Source of the DNA: Negaprion brevirostris
Taxonomy: Eukaryota
Length of the DNA stretch: 64,000 nucleotides
NCBI GenBank assembly: GCA_030324005.1
Contig: JARDVH010000059.1
Coordinates: forward strand, 61,396,053 to 61,460,052
Direction of reading: 5' to 3'
Shown: one piece after another, positions 63,862 through 64,000 of the stretch
Position numbering within the stretch: position 1 is the stretch's first letter
How the letters are laid out: each line of letters begins with the position of its first letter
Notes under the pieces: generated by a model
Seen by the model: the letters and a program-made list of their open reading frames with translations, nothing else
What the model was told of the DNA's origin: nothing
Database searches by the model: none
Translations under genes and position numbers: made by a program

Positions 63862-64000
63862 GTCAAAGACTTGGGTGTTTTTTTTACTGGAGCAGAAAAG
63901 TTAAGAGTGGGATCTAATAGAGTTTTCGAGAGGATCAATGGTGAAAGATTGTCTCCACTGGTTGACAAATCAGTAACAAAGAGATCTAACCTCAGTATTA
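63862..64000 (+). mobile_element. CR1 3' fragment
   Basis: LEQKS..DLIE-like CR1 C-terminal motif; truncated by the window end. Confidence 0.6.

Overview
Repeat-rich, essentially non-coding vertebrate DNA from a draft assembly with several N gaps. The repeat complement (HE1-type tRNA SINEs, HER1/CR1 and L2 LINEs, Deu-domain SINE, PIF/Harbinger relics and MITEs, Penelope-like element termini) points to a shark; this is an inference from recalled family sequences. No intact protein-coding gene is supported: the ORF track is explained by decayed TEs, tandem repeats, N runs or chance. The most notable structure is a 4.2-kb block (43622-47839) bracketed by Penelope-like (PLE) termini of one subfamily. 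It is flanked by a 13-bp target-site duplication, splits a MITE, and has a second direct repeat at the inner junctions, as expected if a circular molecule was captured. Also notable are several ~55-245 bp PLE mini-insertions (fold-back or direct) with 11-12 bp TSDs and hammerhead ribozyme relics, a candidate pair of 9-nt and 12-nt microexons in a TE-free island, a U2-snRNA-headed element, an integrase-deleted Gypsy element, and a 21-bp heptad-coding expansion. All family assignments were made by eye and boundaries are approximate unless defined by a TSD.
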